64,000 nucleotides of DNA from Tubiluchus corallicola (lineage: Eukaryota > Animalia > Priapulida), in the NCBI GenBank assembly GCA_030141605.1, contig JAQGDQ010001014.1, positions 1-64,000 on the forward strand. The letters run 5' to 3'. Positions 38,536 to 53,407 of the stretch are shown here, piece after piece; position 1 is the first letter of the stretch; each line of letters opens with the position of its first letter. The notes under the pieces are model-generated. The model made no database searches. It was not told the DNA's origin and saw nothing but the letters and a program-made list of their open reading frames with translations. Made by a program: the position numbers and the translations under genes.

Positions 38536-39483
38536 CTATACAAACGAGGCGTGTTTGTCCTTCTGCCCCACTATCCACTGTCCAGGAGGTTTTTTATCAC
38601 ATTTATTGCTACTAAGCACTGAAAGTTCTGTGCCGTCATTCACTATTCGTTTGCTACTGCAGTTCTGTATACTGTGCAAAGACGAGGTGGGCTTTTGGTT
38701 TCGATCACGTGACGAAATTGCGTCATCCATCTGCATATCACGTGACGAATTTGCGTCATCCGTCTGCTTATCACGTGACGAAATTGCGTCATCCATCTGT
38801 TTATACACGGACTGACAAGCAGCCACTGCATCGTCCATTTCCTGGATGTCGTCAACCTCGACGCGGGCTTCGCTCCCGTCGCCATTGCCGACGTCAACGC
38901 GTGTGTCGCGGTTGTCGTCATTGTCGTCTTCGTCCTCGTCGTCGTCGGGTTGTGGAATGCGTAATTTTGGTTTACCGGTTGCCAAATCACTAGGTGCTAT
39001 TGTTACTTTTATGGTACCAGCCGGTATGTTTGTGCTGTTTTCGTTGGGCGACCAAGCACTGTTTTCATCGTTTTCGGAACTCGGCGTCAGATCTTCCTCA
39101 ATGTTGAGTCGAAATCTCTCCTTCAGTCTCTCGGTGGCTTCTGCGAATTTATTGCTGAAGAACTCCATCACCACATTGATGACCATTGAGGTCAGTGCAA
39201 GACCAAAAAATATGTAAGCAATGGCCATCATCATGAAGGCCTCGTTGCGCGGAACGATGTCGCCAAAACCGACCGTGCTCAGGGAAATGAAGCAGAAGTA
39301 AAACGCGTCCAAATATGTCCACTTTTCGGCAATGGCAAAAATGACGCCGCCGACAAACGTGTAGCCGCAGAGTAGCAGCAGTGCCATCGAGACCGGAAGA
39401 TTGAATTCCTCGTCTACGACGAATTCTGGCATAACTTCTGGTTCCTCGAGATCGTAGGTGTCTTCCAGTTTGGCCAAAGCTGC
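38536..39483 (-). CDS. K2P channel terminal exon, second copy
   Basis: 313-aa ORF identical to 30726-31667. Acceptor AG preserved (plus-strand CTG at 39484). Confidence 0.93.
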   Translation of the reverse strand, partial: AALAKLEDTYDLEEPEVMPEFVVDEEFNLPVSMALLLLCGYTFVGGVIFAIAEKWTYLDAFYFCFISLSTVGFGDIVPRNEAFMMMAIAYIFFGLALTSMVINVVMEFFSNKFAEATERLKERFRLNIEEDLTPSSENDENSAWSPNENSTNIPAGTIKVTIAPSDLATGKPKLRIPQPDDDEDEDDNDDNRDTRVDVGNGDGSEARVEVDDIQEMDDAVAACQSVYKQMDDAISSRDKQTDDANSSRDMQMDDAISSRDRNQKPTSSLHSIQNCSSKRIVNDGTELSVLSSNKCDKKPPGQWIVGQKDKHASFV

Positions 39484-40175
39484 CTGAAAAAAGAATTAAT
39501 GGCTGTAGAATCGGCAAAAAAATGTTAATGGACTTAAAACCTTTGAAGTCATTGAAAGTCGTTGCAAGACTAAAGTCAAACCACTGGTGACATACCGTGG
39601 CGTGGAAAACATTTTAAAAACACTACGGTCAATAGTCTCTGAAATGGATTTCTAACTTTCTGGCTTGCCTAAAACGATACGGAAAGTGTGAAACCGTAAA
39701 ATGCCAACCTCAAAGATGCTTTTGTGGTGCTCAAATTAAGTACACGTGTTTCCTTGCATATGCAATTGTGCATTGTCATTTGAATGGCATACTAACACTG
39801 CTAAGACATAACGTATCTTCTGAACAACATATTACTGTTCCTTCCACCTTCTGTGTCATCTGGATGACATACTGTGTCGTGCGTCTGTTGTTAGAAGAAC
39901 GACACGTCTGTCATTGGCATGGCAGTTTGAAGTTGCATCAACAATAGCAATGGCAATGACAATAGCAGCAGCTGCAGCAGGATTAACAACAACAGCAGCA
40001 GCATCAGCAGCAACAACAACGACAATGACAGTGACGACAACGACAACAACAACAAGAAGAAGAAGAAGAACAACAACAACGACAATGACAGTGACGACAA
40101 CGACAACAACAACAAGAAGAAGAAGAACAACAACAACAACAGCAGCAGCAGCAACAACAAGCAATCAGTACTCAC

Positions 40176-40645
40176 CCGTTTTTCTATTTTCCAGTCAAAT
40201 TTAAGGTTTTGTCCTCCAGCCATTCGCTTCGGGTTCTTTGGACTGGGCTCGATTTCCTCTTTTACAATTTCTCCTTCGAGCTTACCTCGCACCTTTTTCA
40301 CTTTGTCCACGTAATCACGCGTCGCAATTACACCCTTCTCCATGGCAGTGGAAGAAAATTCTTTGGCAAAGTCAGCACCTTTTTTGGCATAGTCGCGAGC
40401 ATAACCCGCTCCGAGTTTCGCCTTGTCTTTCATAATGTCCGCCTGTTCGTGGAAGTGTCGTCGAGCCTTGCGACACGTCCCGGTGTAGTAGAACTGGCGA
40501 AAGTACGACCAGACGAACTTGATGGCCCGCGTGAAGAGCTTGCCAATGTCGACCAGCACAACGAGGAACATGGGAATGCCAACCAAGGCATAGATGATGC
40601 AGGCGAGGCGACCCCAGTTGGTGCTTGGTGCAATGTGACCATAAC
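40176..40645 (-). CDS. K2P channel internal exon (P1 end, M2, loop), second copy
   Basis: Translation identical to 29559-30028. Both splice sites preserved. Confidence 0.92.
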
Positions 40646-40956
40646 CTGCAAAAATAAATAGACCAAATTCTCGTCAATAGATGTCGCTAGTATGCACGAA
40701 CACTTCTTTTTGTTAAACAAGTAAACCAAAGCGCCTACTCAGAAAAAAAGTAAAATGGCCATAAAATGATATCATTTCACATAAGCAGCTGTATAACAGT
40801 ACCAAAGAAGAATGTTGGAGCACTAAGATCAAAATCAGAAGACTGAGGTTGGTAGGACATTTAACGAGATTGCCAAAAACAGGATCAGTAAGATTAGCAT
40901 TATCACCATTAGCATCAATTCATTATCATTGTCATCAGCATTATATATCAGCATCG

Positions 40957-40987
<31 letters not shown>

Positions 40988-42389
40988 ACATCGTCATAAT
41001 CGTTTTCTCGCATCTGTTTGCTTCGTTAAATTTAACGCATTTTGTTGTTGTTGTTGTTGTTGTTTACGTCATTAATTAAGTCTTGTTGTTATTAGTTTAG
41101 TTCATGTTGAGCGTAGCTCATAGTTAAAGTCTTGCAATGTGTTGTTAATTGGTAATTTTATAACTTTTATTTTTTATTGTGCTAAACAGGTAAATAAATT
41201 AACCGAAATCTAAATCAAACAGGGGGCCTTTACCTCAAATAAGTGGCTTCAACAGGGCCCTTTACGTCAAATAAGTGGCTTCAACAGGGGCCCTTTACGT
41301 CAAATAGGTGGCTTCAACAGGGGCCCTTTACGTCAAATAAGTGGCTTCAACAGGGGCCCTTTACGTCAAATAAGTGGCTTCAACAGGGGCCCTTTACGTC
41401 AAATAAGTGGCTTCAACAGGGCCCTTTCCGTCAAATAAGTGGCTTCAACAGGGACCCTTTATCTAAAATAAATCTAAATCTAATTAAACGAGGCACTGAA
41501 ACCTGCTAAATGACCTCCAAGCAAAACCAAAAACAATTTGGATATTAACAATTAATAAAGATTTACATCAGCTGAACCAAACGTAACAATAGCATCACAG
41601 GAACTCAACATTTTAGCTGCATACAGGAAACAATGGAGTGCTCTATTAAAGGATAGAGGCTCTATGTCTATAACAGATGTTTAGAGTAGCAGAAGAAAAA
41701 GAAAAAAGCCAGTAACACCTAAACTTTAGCTTTTCAATAATACACGTATAACTGTATTTCAGGAATTCGTTCGTTTGTTTGTCCACAACTTGCGTTAAAA
41801 ACAAATGGTTCCTGTGGTTGAGAAGACACGAGATAAAGTTAAGTCAAAGGTCAATGTTTAGTCTGTTTGTATATCCGTTTTTCTCCTGTCCATGACTTAC
41901 AATTGAGTACATCTGGGATGTGAATGGTTGTCAAGTCTAAGGATGAAATGCCAAACGCTTGTTTAACGTATAGTTCGTCACACTGCACTCTGGGATTTCA
42001 GCTCAAAAGGTGCTTGTGGCAGTATTGTCATCCGACACATTCTAGGCTATGATCTGAGATGAGATGCCCAATCGGGTAGAGCTAACTTTGCCACATTCAG
42101 ATGTGAACATGACCTTTGTTATGGATGGAAATGGTATCAGTATCAATATGGCAAATGAAACTGTCCAATGTGAGTACTGAACTCGGCGAGGGCACCTAAC
42201 CATTCACTGATCAGCCTTAATGTTGCTGCTCTTCATAGCCTCGCCCCATTAGTTCTTAATAACAATTTTTTTCCACCTGAAGTAGTTTTTCACATGAAGT
42301 AGGCAACTGGGTATTTTGATACTTAAGCGAAAACTAGTTCGCTAAAAGGTTTAATTTTTAACTTCTGGCTCATGGAACGTGAAAGATGC

Positions 42390-42892
42390 TTAAAGGAAAA
42401 CCAGATGATTGTTTATATTATATATCTCATTTTAATTTACTATATTTATATATATATGCATTTTTTGCATATAAAAGTTAGCAATTGTTTCTTATATTTG
42501 AATAATTAGCCTAGAAAGTTAATTAACGGCAACCGAACACAGCTATTGCTTAAGTCACAAACTAACCACAGTTTGTGCAATGACGGGCATCTTCCCTTGC
42601 GCGTCAAGCACGTTTGCATAAGTGTTACAGTACTGCTTAATAAACGCTAGAAACTAACACTACAGTTCACGATCATCGTTATCACGGTACCACCTTCTAT
42701 TTGTCGGCCACGCGAATGTGACAAAAAGGTGCCGTTGCCAATCTTAGTAGATTCACTGAACGTGCGGTTGAAAGTCTAACAAAATTTGAGTATCCGAGGT
42801 AATTATTATTTAATCTAAGTTTTGATTTAAAAAAGTTATTGTAGTTTTCACTATTTTAGAGCATTCTTTACTCTGAACTAGTTTTCTTTTAA
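42390..42892 (-). mobile_element. Family A MITE, mirror of 27312-27814
   Basis: Reverse complement copy with TTAA ends. Confidence 0.78.
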
Positions 42893-45393
42893 GTATGTTA
42901 ACCCCCGGGATGCGCTGCTTTAGATGTCCGATTTGCATGCTATTCTCGAGAAAGGAAAAGAGAGATGGTTTGAGGCTGGCATAGATAGGCCTACGTAGAC
43001 GTAAACTGGTTGGCTAATCGGCTTAGTTTTTACTTCATGGCTCATGGAACGTGAAAGATATGTTAGCATGTATACCCTGGGATGCGCTGCTTTAACTTGC
43101 ATGCTATTCTCGCGAAAGGGAGGGACAGAATGAGATAGTTTGAAGCTGGTATTTGAAATAAACGGGCGGATTCTCAAAGATATAACATTTAGCCTAACTA
43201 TAGAATGAATCTTTGTGAACATCTATTGTATGTGTTAAAGAAGCAAATATAGAACAGAACAGAGTTCATATTTGTAGAGAAGTAATAATATTGCAATTTC
43301 AAACTGAGAAACGGTTAAAAACATACACTCGTGAAAACGTAAAATTTAAATTCTCAATAAATTTTAAAGAAAAGTAAATCTTAAATTAAGTACTTGAAGT
43401 TGAAACGGAATGGCGACGACAGCAGCAGCAGTGTGAACGACAGCAAGAAAAACACATAAGCTTAACTAGGATTCAGGATAAATGCAGTATAGCCATGCAA
43501 GAACCTAACGTCATTAACATGTTAGCATTTTTGCAAATGAACTATAACCGATGTCCCCAAGCATGATTGTCAGAGATTATCTTATTGACCTAATTGCCGA
43601 GTAGAGACATCAGAAGCCAAAGTCATTACTGGGCATGACATGGCCTATTGGTTTCTGATAGGAACCAGTAGAGGCGCGTCCAGGAAGTCGAGAAAACTCC
43701 TGCAGTAACGACACCCTTTCTTGAATTACGAAACTGTCTAACATGCTGCGGCGTTTGATCCATCACCAAGCATATAAAATTTAAAACAATAAAACGCGCA
43801 AACCTTTTCCATTGAAACCTGTTGAAAACTCGTAAAATGCCGAATGAAGGTGGTATTGGAAATGGAAAGACGTTGTAATGAACCAGTCACTAAAACCTAC
43901 AGTCAGCCAGCATGAATAGGCGTCGTCTGACAATCAAAACGCAAAACTAATGGAAATTGTCAAAACGTCTGCAAATTCCTGCGTTTTTTGTGAGCAATTT
44001 TGCCATTCGCGCGCTTTTTTAACAATTTCAGCACATTTCTCCGTGCAGCATGGCTTATCGTACTTGGATCCGGGGAAACTGTTCAAAGTTTAATGATAAA
44101 CTGGCAGCTTGAGATATTGACATATAGACATCAGAAAAACGCCTGACAGTACGTACATAGAAAACGTATTACATTACTGTTTCCAGCGGCTCCACCGCTA
44201 GCCTTTCTTCTTGGGAAAGCCAAATACTTTGTAATTGGTAATACTTTTGTACTATTGATTTCTTATGAGATTGGTATAGTTTGAAGACTATGTGGTAAAC
44301 AACTATGTTATGCGGCTCAGAAGCCTAGAGGGAAGCCGCGTCCTTGGCGGAGACTGTCAAAGACAAAATTTCGTATTTTGGAAAGAGCATAAAGAACTTA
44401 GGGCATCATTATAAACTAAAATCGTTGGCAGAAATTTAAAAACATGTACAGAAAACGCGATGAAATATATTGGAAATTTAGATAAAAAATTTTAATAGTA
44501 AAAGAATTAATCAAAATGAATTTGATAAGTAATTAAAATTGGTTATTGGTGTCAGACTTAATAAACATATTGACCTGTGTAAATTCCTTGTATAGCTATT
44601 GTTAATAACAATAATGATGTAGTTTGGCAAACAGTATTGTGGACGAAAAATTAAACTGTGTATATAATGGTAATAATTTGAGCTTATGTCGGTAGATGTA
44701 ACATGCAAAGCCCTAAACTACGGTGTGAGTGAATAAATATATTTATCTGTAACAAACTTTTTAAATGTAAGCTAACTCATTCATATTGTAACAACAATAT
44801 TAAGTGCTAATTGGGTATAATAATCTGTAATATTTGCAATACTATGTGACTTTTACCCAGCAAATAGATGACTTGATATGGAATGAATTTCTAAATAAAA
44901 GATTTATGATAATAATAATTGGAAAGAAACTGTTACTAGAATAGCCAGTAATATAATAAATGTTATGTCATGTTTAAGTGAATTGTCTTAAGTAAATTTT
45001 AATTATCATAGTCTTGTAGATAAGCTAGGAATTGTAGACGTTTATTTAATTTTTTAGGCATCTCTGTAGCTTTAACCCAGCTGACATTTTAAGGTCACAA
45101 ATCATACTGCTATGAAGTAGCAATTAATTTGTTTTTGTCGGTAATTAAGGCAAGTTGAAAATGTACAAACTTCTAAGGAATTATATTCATTTAATATGAT
45201 TTAGCACATCACATTGGCTTAATCATAAGAACAAAGAACAAATGAACAAAGAAAGGAGCAAAAAACGAATGAACGAACAAAAAAAACAACGTAGAAACCA
45301 CGAAAGCAAGAAATGGAGGGCAAGTAAGTAACTAACTATGTAAGTAAGTGAGTGAGTGAGTGAGTGAGCGAGCGAGCGAGCGAGCGAGCAAGC

Positions 45394-45464
<71 letters not shown>

Positions 45465-48426
45465 CAAGTAAGTAAGTAAATAATTAAGTGAGTGAGTGAG
45501 TGCGTGAGTGAGTGAGTGAGTGAGTGAGTGAGTGAGTGAGCGAGCGAGCGAGTGAGTAAGTAAGTATGTATGTATGTAAGTTAGTATAGTAAGCAAGCAA
45601 GCAAGCAAGCAAGCAAGTAAACAAAGTAAAATGAAGATAATGTTCTCGACTTTAGTTTGAAACAAAAAACATTTAAACAAACGAATAAACAAACGCAAAG
45701 GCAAACGAACAAACAAAAACACAAAAATCGAAAAAGAAAAGACAAGCACGTCATCGCGACAGTATCATGAGAGCCAGCTCATTGCCTTGCGACGTTAAAG
45801 AAAGATTAGTCACGTGTTCGAGTCCCAGCTGGTCACGATTTTATCAAACCTCAAACATTGTGGTTTAAAATTAGCTAAACAGTTTTTATTATAGTCTACA
45901 TTTACAACTAGTGACAGACACGTTGAAAACCAACGTATATTTCATCACAAAAAAGGCATTAAAATGAAAACCGGACCCCTTCTTAAACTACAACTCAAAA
46001 CAACCTAACCTAACCTATATTGAAAGGGAACATACTATTTTTTAAGAAAAGTAGTATGTGAAAGAATTATTACGTGAAAGAATTATTACCGCAAAAATTA
46101 ATTTTGCGTTCGCGCATCTAGTTCTTCGCTGATACTACATACATTCGTTATCTAGATGGGCACTAACGTCTACATCGTCATTTGTGATGAAATCGCGTGA
46201 TGACGCAGTGGCAAGCTTGGAATTTAAGTTCTTAAAGCACAAGAAAACCCTCCATTTACGTGAAGCTTAAAAAATTCGTCTTGAAATTTTATACCACTTA
46301 CATACTGCCTTTTTGCATGCAGGCTTGCGTCGGCCGTAACGCTGTATAAAACGTGTAAATTTAAACTCCCGCGATGACCGTTAGGCGCAGCCATTTTGAT
46401 AGCAGCTCATTTGAAACAAGTATAGAAAAGACTGAGTAAAGTTTGAAAAAATAATCAGAGCATTCGTAGCGCACACGTCACTAAATCAGTGAAATTTTAA
46501 ATGACTGTATCTTTTCAATAAGATTAAAAATACGTTTTTTCGTTAGTAAGTGGTGCACCCTGAAAGTGAGTCAACGACATTTTACCAGTTGGTAAAAACT
46601 TTTTAAATAATTAATAATTTTCTTTTCTAGTTACGTAAGTCTTTCAAGCAAGTAAGCGAAATGGTAAGTAATATAGATTTGCACGGAAACGTTTGGATCA
46701 TAATTTAGCGTTGCCTTTTGTGCCCCTGATTTACGTGACATAGTGACGTCATGTAATGGCGCCGTCGGAACAGTATAGCGGGAGATTTAAAATGGAAACA
46801 AACGAAAATTCCTTTCAACGCGAGTACGATATACGCATAAAATTGCTATAAAGCATAATAATTTTTTAATGTGATTTTTCTGAAACCTACTCTTGTCCTT
46901 TAAACATAAAATTTGCTGTGTTTTTGCCTATCACACTGAATGTTGTTCTGTAGCACTGTACTTCTATTTTGGTTTTCGCAAACACGTGGAACCCGCTCGT
47001 CGAATGTCGTCTGTGCTGCTGAAAATTATGTTCACCACTAGTAATGTTCGATCCCCGTTAATTAAGTTTTTAAATTATTATTTGATTAGGTCTATCACAA
47101 ATACAAATGGCGCTATTATAGCTGTTAAAATGTATACTTTTTACTGCACTTCACAATGGGTAAGATATGAAAAATAATCCTGTTTCCCTTTTTAATATGG
47201 TTAGAGATTTATCGCAGATTCATGAACTCAACCGGGCCGAATTGAGCAACTCAGCAACGTTTGACGACCCACGACTAATTATCCATCCACTTTTTAAGCC
47301 AAGATTCGTATGTGAAATGAAAATAAATTGTTTGTTATCAAAACAACACAACTTTTACTAAAACTTTAATATACAATTGTTTCAAAAAACATGTCTGCGA
47401 ACGTTTTGAACTCCAGTCATCATCAATGACAGATTTATGAAAACAAACAACCAGATGAACAAGTATTATAAGCAGAGCTACTGTCTAGAAAATTATGCAT
47501 TGATTATGTATTATCTACAAGGAAGGCAAATGTGTAGTGAACAAACAGACCCGTAGAAAAAGAAATTGATACGGTAACAGGTAGCTAAGTGTTTGAAAGT
47601 AAAGTTAAAGGAATTAAACTACTTTGCACATTAAGAGAAGGCTTGCTAGGGTTCATAGACACACCTTCTTTTATTAATAAGTCCCAGTTACTGTTGGCTT
47701 TCGTCACAATGTTAAAATTGTAGCTTGTAGTTCCAGTTACCTATAGCTTTAGTCACAGCCATAGGCACAACTGTGGCAGGACCGGGGAAACTTTTTTAAT
47801 TTCTTTCAAGTTTCAGATGTTCACGTGTTCTTACTTTAACCCTTTAATACCCTTTGTATCCCGTGGGATACGAAAATATTTTGTGCCTTTAAAATTAATA
47901 AAATTTTAAAACTGACAGTTATTTGATCTGTTAATAGTTATTTTGATTTAAGCCAATAACAATTCTCTCTTATTAAAAAAATAATTTGAGACTGAAAGGG
48001 TTAAAGTGATTGTACGTTTTGCCATGGCCCGTTTGTCAAAATAAAGCGTTTTGTAGAAAAAATAGAGCAGACAAGGGAATCCCTTGAATCAGATAATGCC
48101 CTGATTACGTTTTGATGTCATTAATCAGCCTACAGCATTTCATTCCAGACGGACCGTTCAATTCTTAGAACATCTGAGCTGAAATTATCTTGCTTCAAAA
48201 TGGAATTGAAAACCGTTCTGCCAAAGGGTCATTTAACGCTTTCAGAAAATTCATGTATTAATTTCAAAATGTTGCTGTATTACTCTCAATTTCTGGATTA
48301 AATTGTTGGATTTCTGTAAATTTGTGTGCAGATGTCGAGCATTTGAAAAATCAGCCATAGCTGAACTGTGCAACCGATTAGTACAACTTATAAACTCTAA
48401 CTGGTGGTCAAAAAGAAGTAAGCACT

Positions 48427-49036
48427 TTAAAAGGAAAACTGAATCCAATCTTAACTGTGGGTCAGAACAATCTACTCTTTAAGACACTGAAAGGAAACAT
48501 AGTATTTTTTTCAAAAATGACTTACGTGAAAGAATTATTACCAAACAAACACATATTCCCGCTCGCGTCACTAGTTCTTCTCTGTTACATGCATTTCGCC
48601 ATTCTCTAGTTAGACGGGCACTAGCGTCTGCATTTCGGAAAGGCATTTCACAAAAAACAGGTGCTGCACCTCTCACATGTTTTAGTTTGTGTGCATACGT
48701 TCGACAACTCATGCGTGAGTACAGCGGCAAATTTTAAATTTGAATTTTTATCTTAAAACATGCCTAGTTTTATTACAACACCCCGAAAGTCTTACACTAG
48801 CACTGTACTTTAATTTTTGCTTTCGCAAACACGTGCAACGGAATGTTTTTGCTGCTGAAAATCACGTTAGTCTGTGATGTCATCAATAGTTAAGCTCGCC
48901 AGCCGTTAATTAAGCTTTTAGTCTGTAATTTAGTTACCAGAAAAGCTTTTGCAGTATTAATTGTGTTAAAACGTGTACTTTTGATTGTACTTGAAAATGG
49001 GGTAGTAATATGAAAAATCATCCTGTCTTCCTTTAA
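48427..49036 (-). mobile_element. Family C MITE, mirror of 21182-21791
   Basis: Reverse complement copy. Confidence 0.75.
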
Positions 49037-49375
49037 ATTGGCTAAAAATTTATTTTACTCTTCGTATTGGAATAAAACCTGTCATGAAAATAGATGCATA
49101 ATGTAACGAACGATTCCATGTTTTGTATAAAAATACAAAATTTGGAGATTTTAACGTGGTTTAAATTCGAATTTACTCCGGAAACAGAAACTGTAATTTA
49201 TCCCATAAGATTTATTTTTACTTACGTTAAAAATTGTTCACTACGTTTTCCAAAACTTCAATTGCTTTTCTCAGTTGAGGCGAGAATTAGTTAATAGCTT
49301 AATTAACAACAGAATCGTACTACTACTACTACTACTACTACTGCTGCTGCTACTGCTTTTGCTACTGCTATTGCT

Positions 49376-49492
<117 letters not shown>

Positions 49493-49502
49493 GCCTTTGC
49501 TG

Positions 49503-49573
<71 letters not shown>

Positions 49574-49574
49574 G

Positions 49575-49651
<77 letters not shown>

Positions 49652-49718
49652 GCTACTGCTACTACTGCTGCTGCTACTTACTGCTATTGCTACAACAACA
49701 GCAACATTAACAACAACA

Positions 49719-49776
<58 letters not shown>

Positions 49777-49777
49777 T

Positions 49778-49869
<92 letters not shown>

Positions 49870-50660
49870 TTTTTTTTTTTTATAATAATAATAATAATAA
49901 TATTTTGTATAGCGTCTAAATCTATAGACAGCTCAACTGACACTATTCAAAGACGCTTCACAAAGATATCTCGCAAAACTGAAAATCGTTGTTGCTTAAG
50001 ATCCATTCACACGCTCAATATAATTGCCATTAGTGCCATGGTCTGTAGGGCAACCAAATTCCGCATCATCAACATAAACTAATGAAATCAAATTTAATGC
50101 AAGCTAACGAAACGAAAATTTCATCAATAATATTGACAATAATTGTCAATATAATTCACAATTATATTGAGTGGTGATACTACGAATGCACGTTGAATTA
50201 AATTTTGCTACAAATTATTTGAATTCCTGCTTTGGATCCCTGCCAGTTTTGTTCAGGTTCAATTCCAGGCTACAACCTAACTTTTTTACATTTCCTGTTT
50301 TTCAAATTTGGCATCAAAATATTAATTAATTGTAGCATTTGCAACATTATAAACTACACTCTTGACATTAAGATAACAATAATTAATTTATATTGAGCGA
50401 TGTATATCACTTAACATATTCCATAAAATTAGATTATTCAATTCTTCGTCATTTGCTTTGGTACCGATTGAGTAACCTGTTAAATTTAAGATGCTGGTAC
50501 TTGTAAGTATAAATACAAGATAAGGACAAGAAAAGGGGTACCTGAAGTAGGTTTCAGCAAAATCAGGCCTTAAAAATTGTGTTACTTTACAGCAATTTTA
50601 TGCGCATACACACAGATTTACAAAATAGAAGCATGTATACTTCAAATATTATGTTCTAAC

Positions 50661-50981
50661 TAAAATAAGTGTGTTTTAATCTGTATTTTAAAAGTGTTAA
50701 TGTTCGAGAGAGTGCTGATATGGATAGAGTTGGTATGGCAACAGCAAATGACCTATCATCCATAGTGGAACAGGTCCTGCAACAGCAAATGATCTGTCAC
50801 CCATAGTGGAACAGCGCACTCTAGAAACCTTAAGCAAAAGACTATCATTTGATCTAAGATTATACCGGCTTGAATTTGTTGGACGAATTACGTCACGAGT
50901 GTAATCAGGTACCTCGCCATGAAGTGCCTTAAATACAAGTAGTAGTATCTTAAATTTAATACGTTGCTTAATCGGTAGCCA
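50661..50981 (-). mobile_element. L2-type LINE fragment, mirror of 19240-19560
   Basis: Reverse complement copy. Confidence 0.82.
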
Positions 50982-51936
50982 ACTGAAATGACGAAAAATC
51001 AGTGTAATATTGGTACTATGTTAATACAATAAAGACAATATCAAAACAATAAAAACAATACTGTACAGTCATACTAATGTCCATTTTTTTCATTTTTAAT
51101 GACATTATCAAGCATAAGAGCTTCATTTCTTGACATTTCTTAGCAAAAGTTAGTGAGTAAGTGCTAAAATGTTTTTAGTTCACCATCGTCGAATTTAAGT
51201 AGAAATTGGGTAAAACTTTCCGGCATTTGAAAAAGGTTTACTTTTTTTGTCCACCCTGTATAATGAAAGCTAAACTGTGTAAAAAACCTAAAACCCTCTT
51301 TTTCATAATACTAAGTTTTTTATACTGTTTAGCACTCTAAAATTCGCCTTCAGCAGAAAGGCTCATTTCATGTGAATAACTGTGGCGAGACTGGTACCTT
51401 TAGGCAGAGACACTGAACCAGCTGAGGTGCACTAGTCATATTTGGTTGTAAATGCATCTTCGTTTTATAAAGTAAACAGCTATAATAAGAATAATAAATG
51501 AATTCACTAACCAGGCTTGGCGAAGTTTAACTTCAGTCAACTTTAGTTAAACAGACACGATGACCACTCGGCTTTTAAATTCGCTTTAATAAAAGTAGGT
51601 AGGTAGGTAGGTAGGTAGGTAGGTAGGTAGGTAGGTAGGTAGGTAGGTAGGTAGGTAGGTAGGTAGGTAGGTAGATAGATAGGTAGGTAGGTAAGTAGGT
51701 AGGCAGGCAGGCAGGCAAGTAGGTAGGTAGGTAAGTAGGTATGTATGTATGTAGGTAGGTAGGTAGGTAGGTAGGTAGGTAGGTAGGCAGGCAGGCAGGC
51801 AGGTAGGTAGGTAGGTATGTATGTATGTATGTATGTATGTAGGTAGGTAGGTAGGTAGGTAGGTAGGTAGGTAGGTAGGTAGGTATGTATGTATGTATGT
51901 AGGTAGGTAGGTAGGTAGGTAAGTAGGTAGGTAGGT

Positions 51937-51991
<55 letters not shown>

Positions 51992-52806
51992 CAAGTAGGT
52001 AGGTAGGTAGGTAGATTAAATAAGCAAGAAAGCAAACAAGTAAGTAAATAAACAAACAAGCAAAGTGAAGTGACGTGAATAAGCTCACAGGTTTAGAAAG
52101 CGACCCCCATCTCTCAACAAACAAACTCTAGCAGCCCTAGATTTACTATCACTTTATTAATTAATCACATAGTGCATAGCAATTTCAATGCTAAAGCGTT
52201 AAACGTGCCCAAACTGCCCATTTTCCCAAACCACTCTGGGCGATTTAAGTAGGTAATCGGTGCGTCTATTGAAAGGTATTTGAAGTTCTCTTGGGCTCAC
52301 GTTCGAATACGTGATATACGGCTATGTAAGTGCATTACCGAATGTAAACGTGGCATGCCCTTCGTTAAACACAGTTTAGCAATAGCTTTCAATAACGCAA
52401 TAGCACCGCTTGATGGGTTTCTATCAATAGATATCCCGTATTGCTGAATGGATATCCCGTCTTGCTGAATGTCCTCAAAGCGCCTACATTTGCACTGAAC
52501 TTTCGAGGGTTATTTGGTTTTTGTTTGCCAATGAAGGCTGGCGCATTCATATGCCGTTATATTGACTGTGGTTGCCAAGTGGAATGGGCGAGTGATGGTC
52601 TTTTGACACGAGTAGTCGCGATCTTGCAGTTTTTCATTAGTACAAGCGACAATATTTTCTTATCGGAAATCTGTTGCATGAAAAAGCGAGAAAGAAAAGC
52701 CTTTCAAACCTGGCTTCTTTGGCTTCTTTGCGAGGCGGCGACAATTAACAGAACAGCGTAACACGCTGCCCCGCATACGGCAAACATGGACGGCGGGCGT
52801 CCAAAG

Positions 52807-53407
52807 TTAAAGGAAAACAACATGACTTTTCATATACTACCCCATTTTCAAGTCTGATAAAAAGTATACAATTAATATTGCAAAGGCGTTTCTGATAATT
52901 ACATAATAGATTAAAACCTTAATCAACGGTGGGCCAACCCAACTATTGATGACGTCACAAACTAACATAATTTTCAGCAGCAAAAATATTCCACGAGCGT
53001 GTTGCACGTGTTTGTGAAAGCGAAAATTGAAGTACAGTGCTACTGTGAGGTATTCAATCGTTGTACTAAAATTAGGCAAGTTTTAAGGTAAAAACTCAAT
53101 TTTCAAATTTACCGCTGTGCTCACGCATGAGCTGCCGAACCTGTGTAGTTCGTCACAAACTAACACATCTAAACTGAGAGGTACGGCATCTGTTTTTGTG
53201 CAATGCATTTCCAAGATACAGACGCTAGTGCCCGTCTAACAAGCGAATGGTGAAATGCACGTAACATCGAAAAAATAGGTGCGAAATTACGTTTGCGTTG
53301 TAATAATTCTTCCACGTAAGTCATTTTTGAAATAATAGTATGTTTCCTTTCAATATTTTAAAGAGTAAATTGTTTTGACCTACTGATTAAATTGGATGCG
53401 GTTTTGC
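52807..53407 (+). mobile_element. Family C MITE, mirror of 16825-17426 with clustered differences
   Basis: TTAA-AGGAAAACAACATGAC start. Confidence 0.75.
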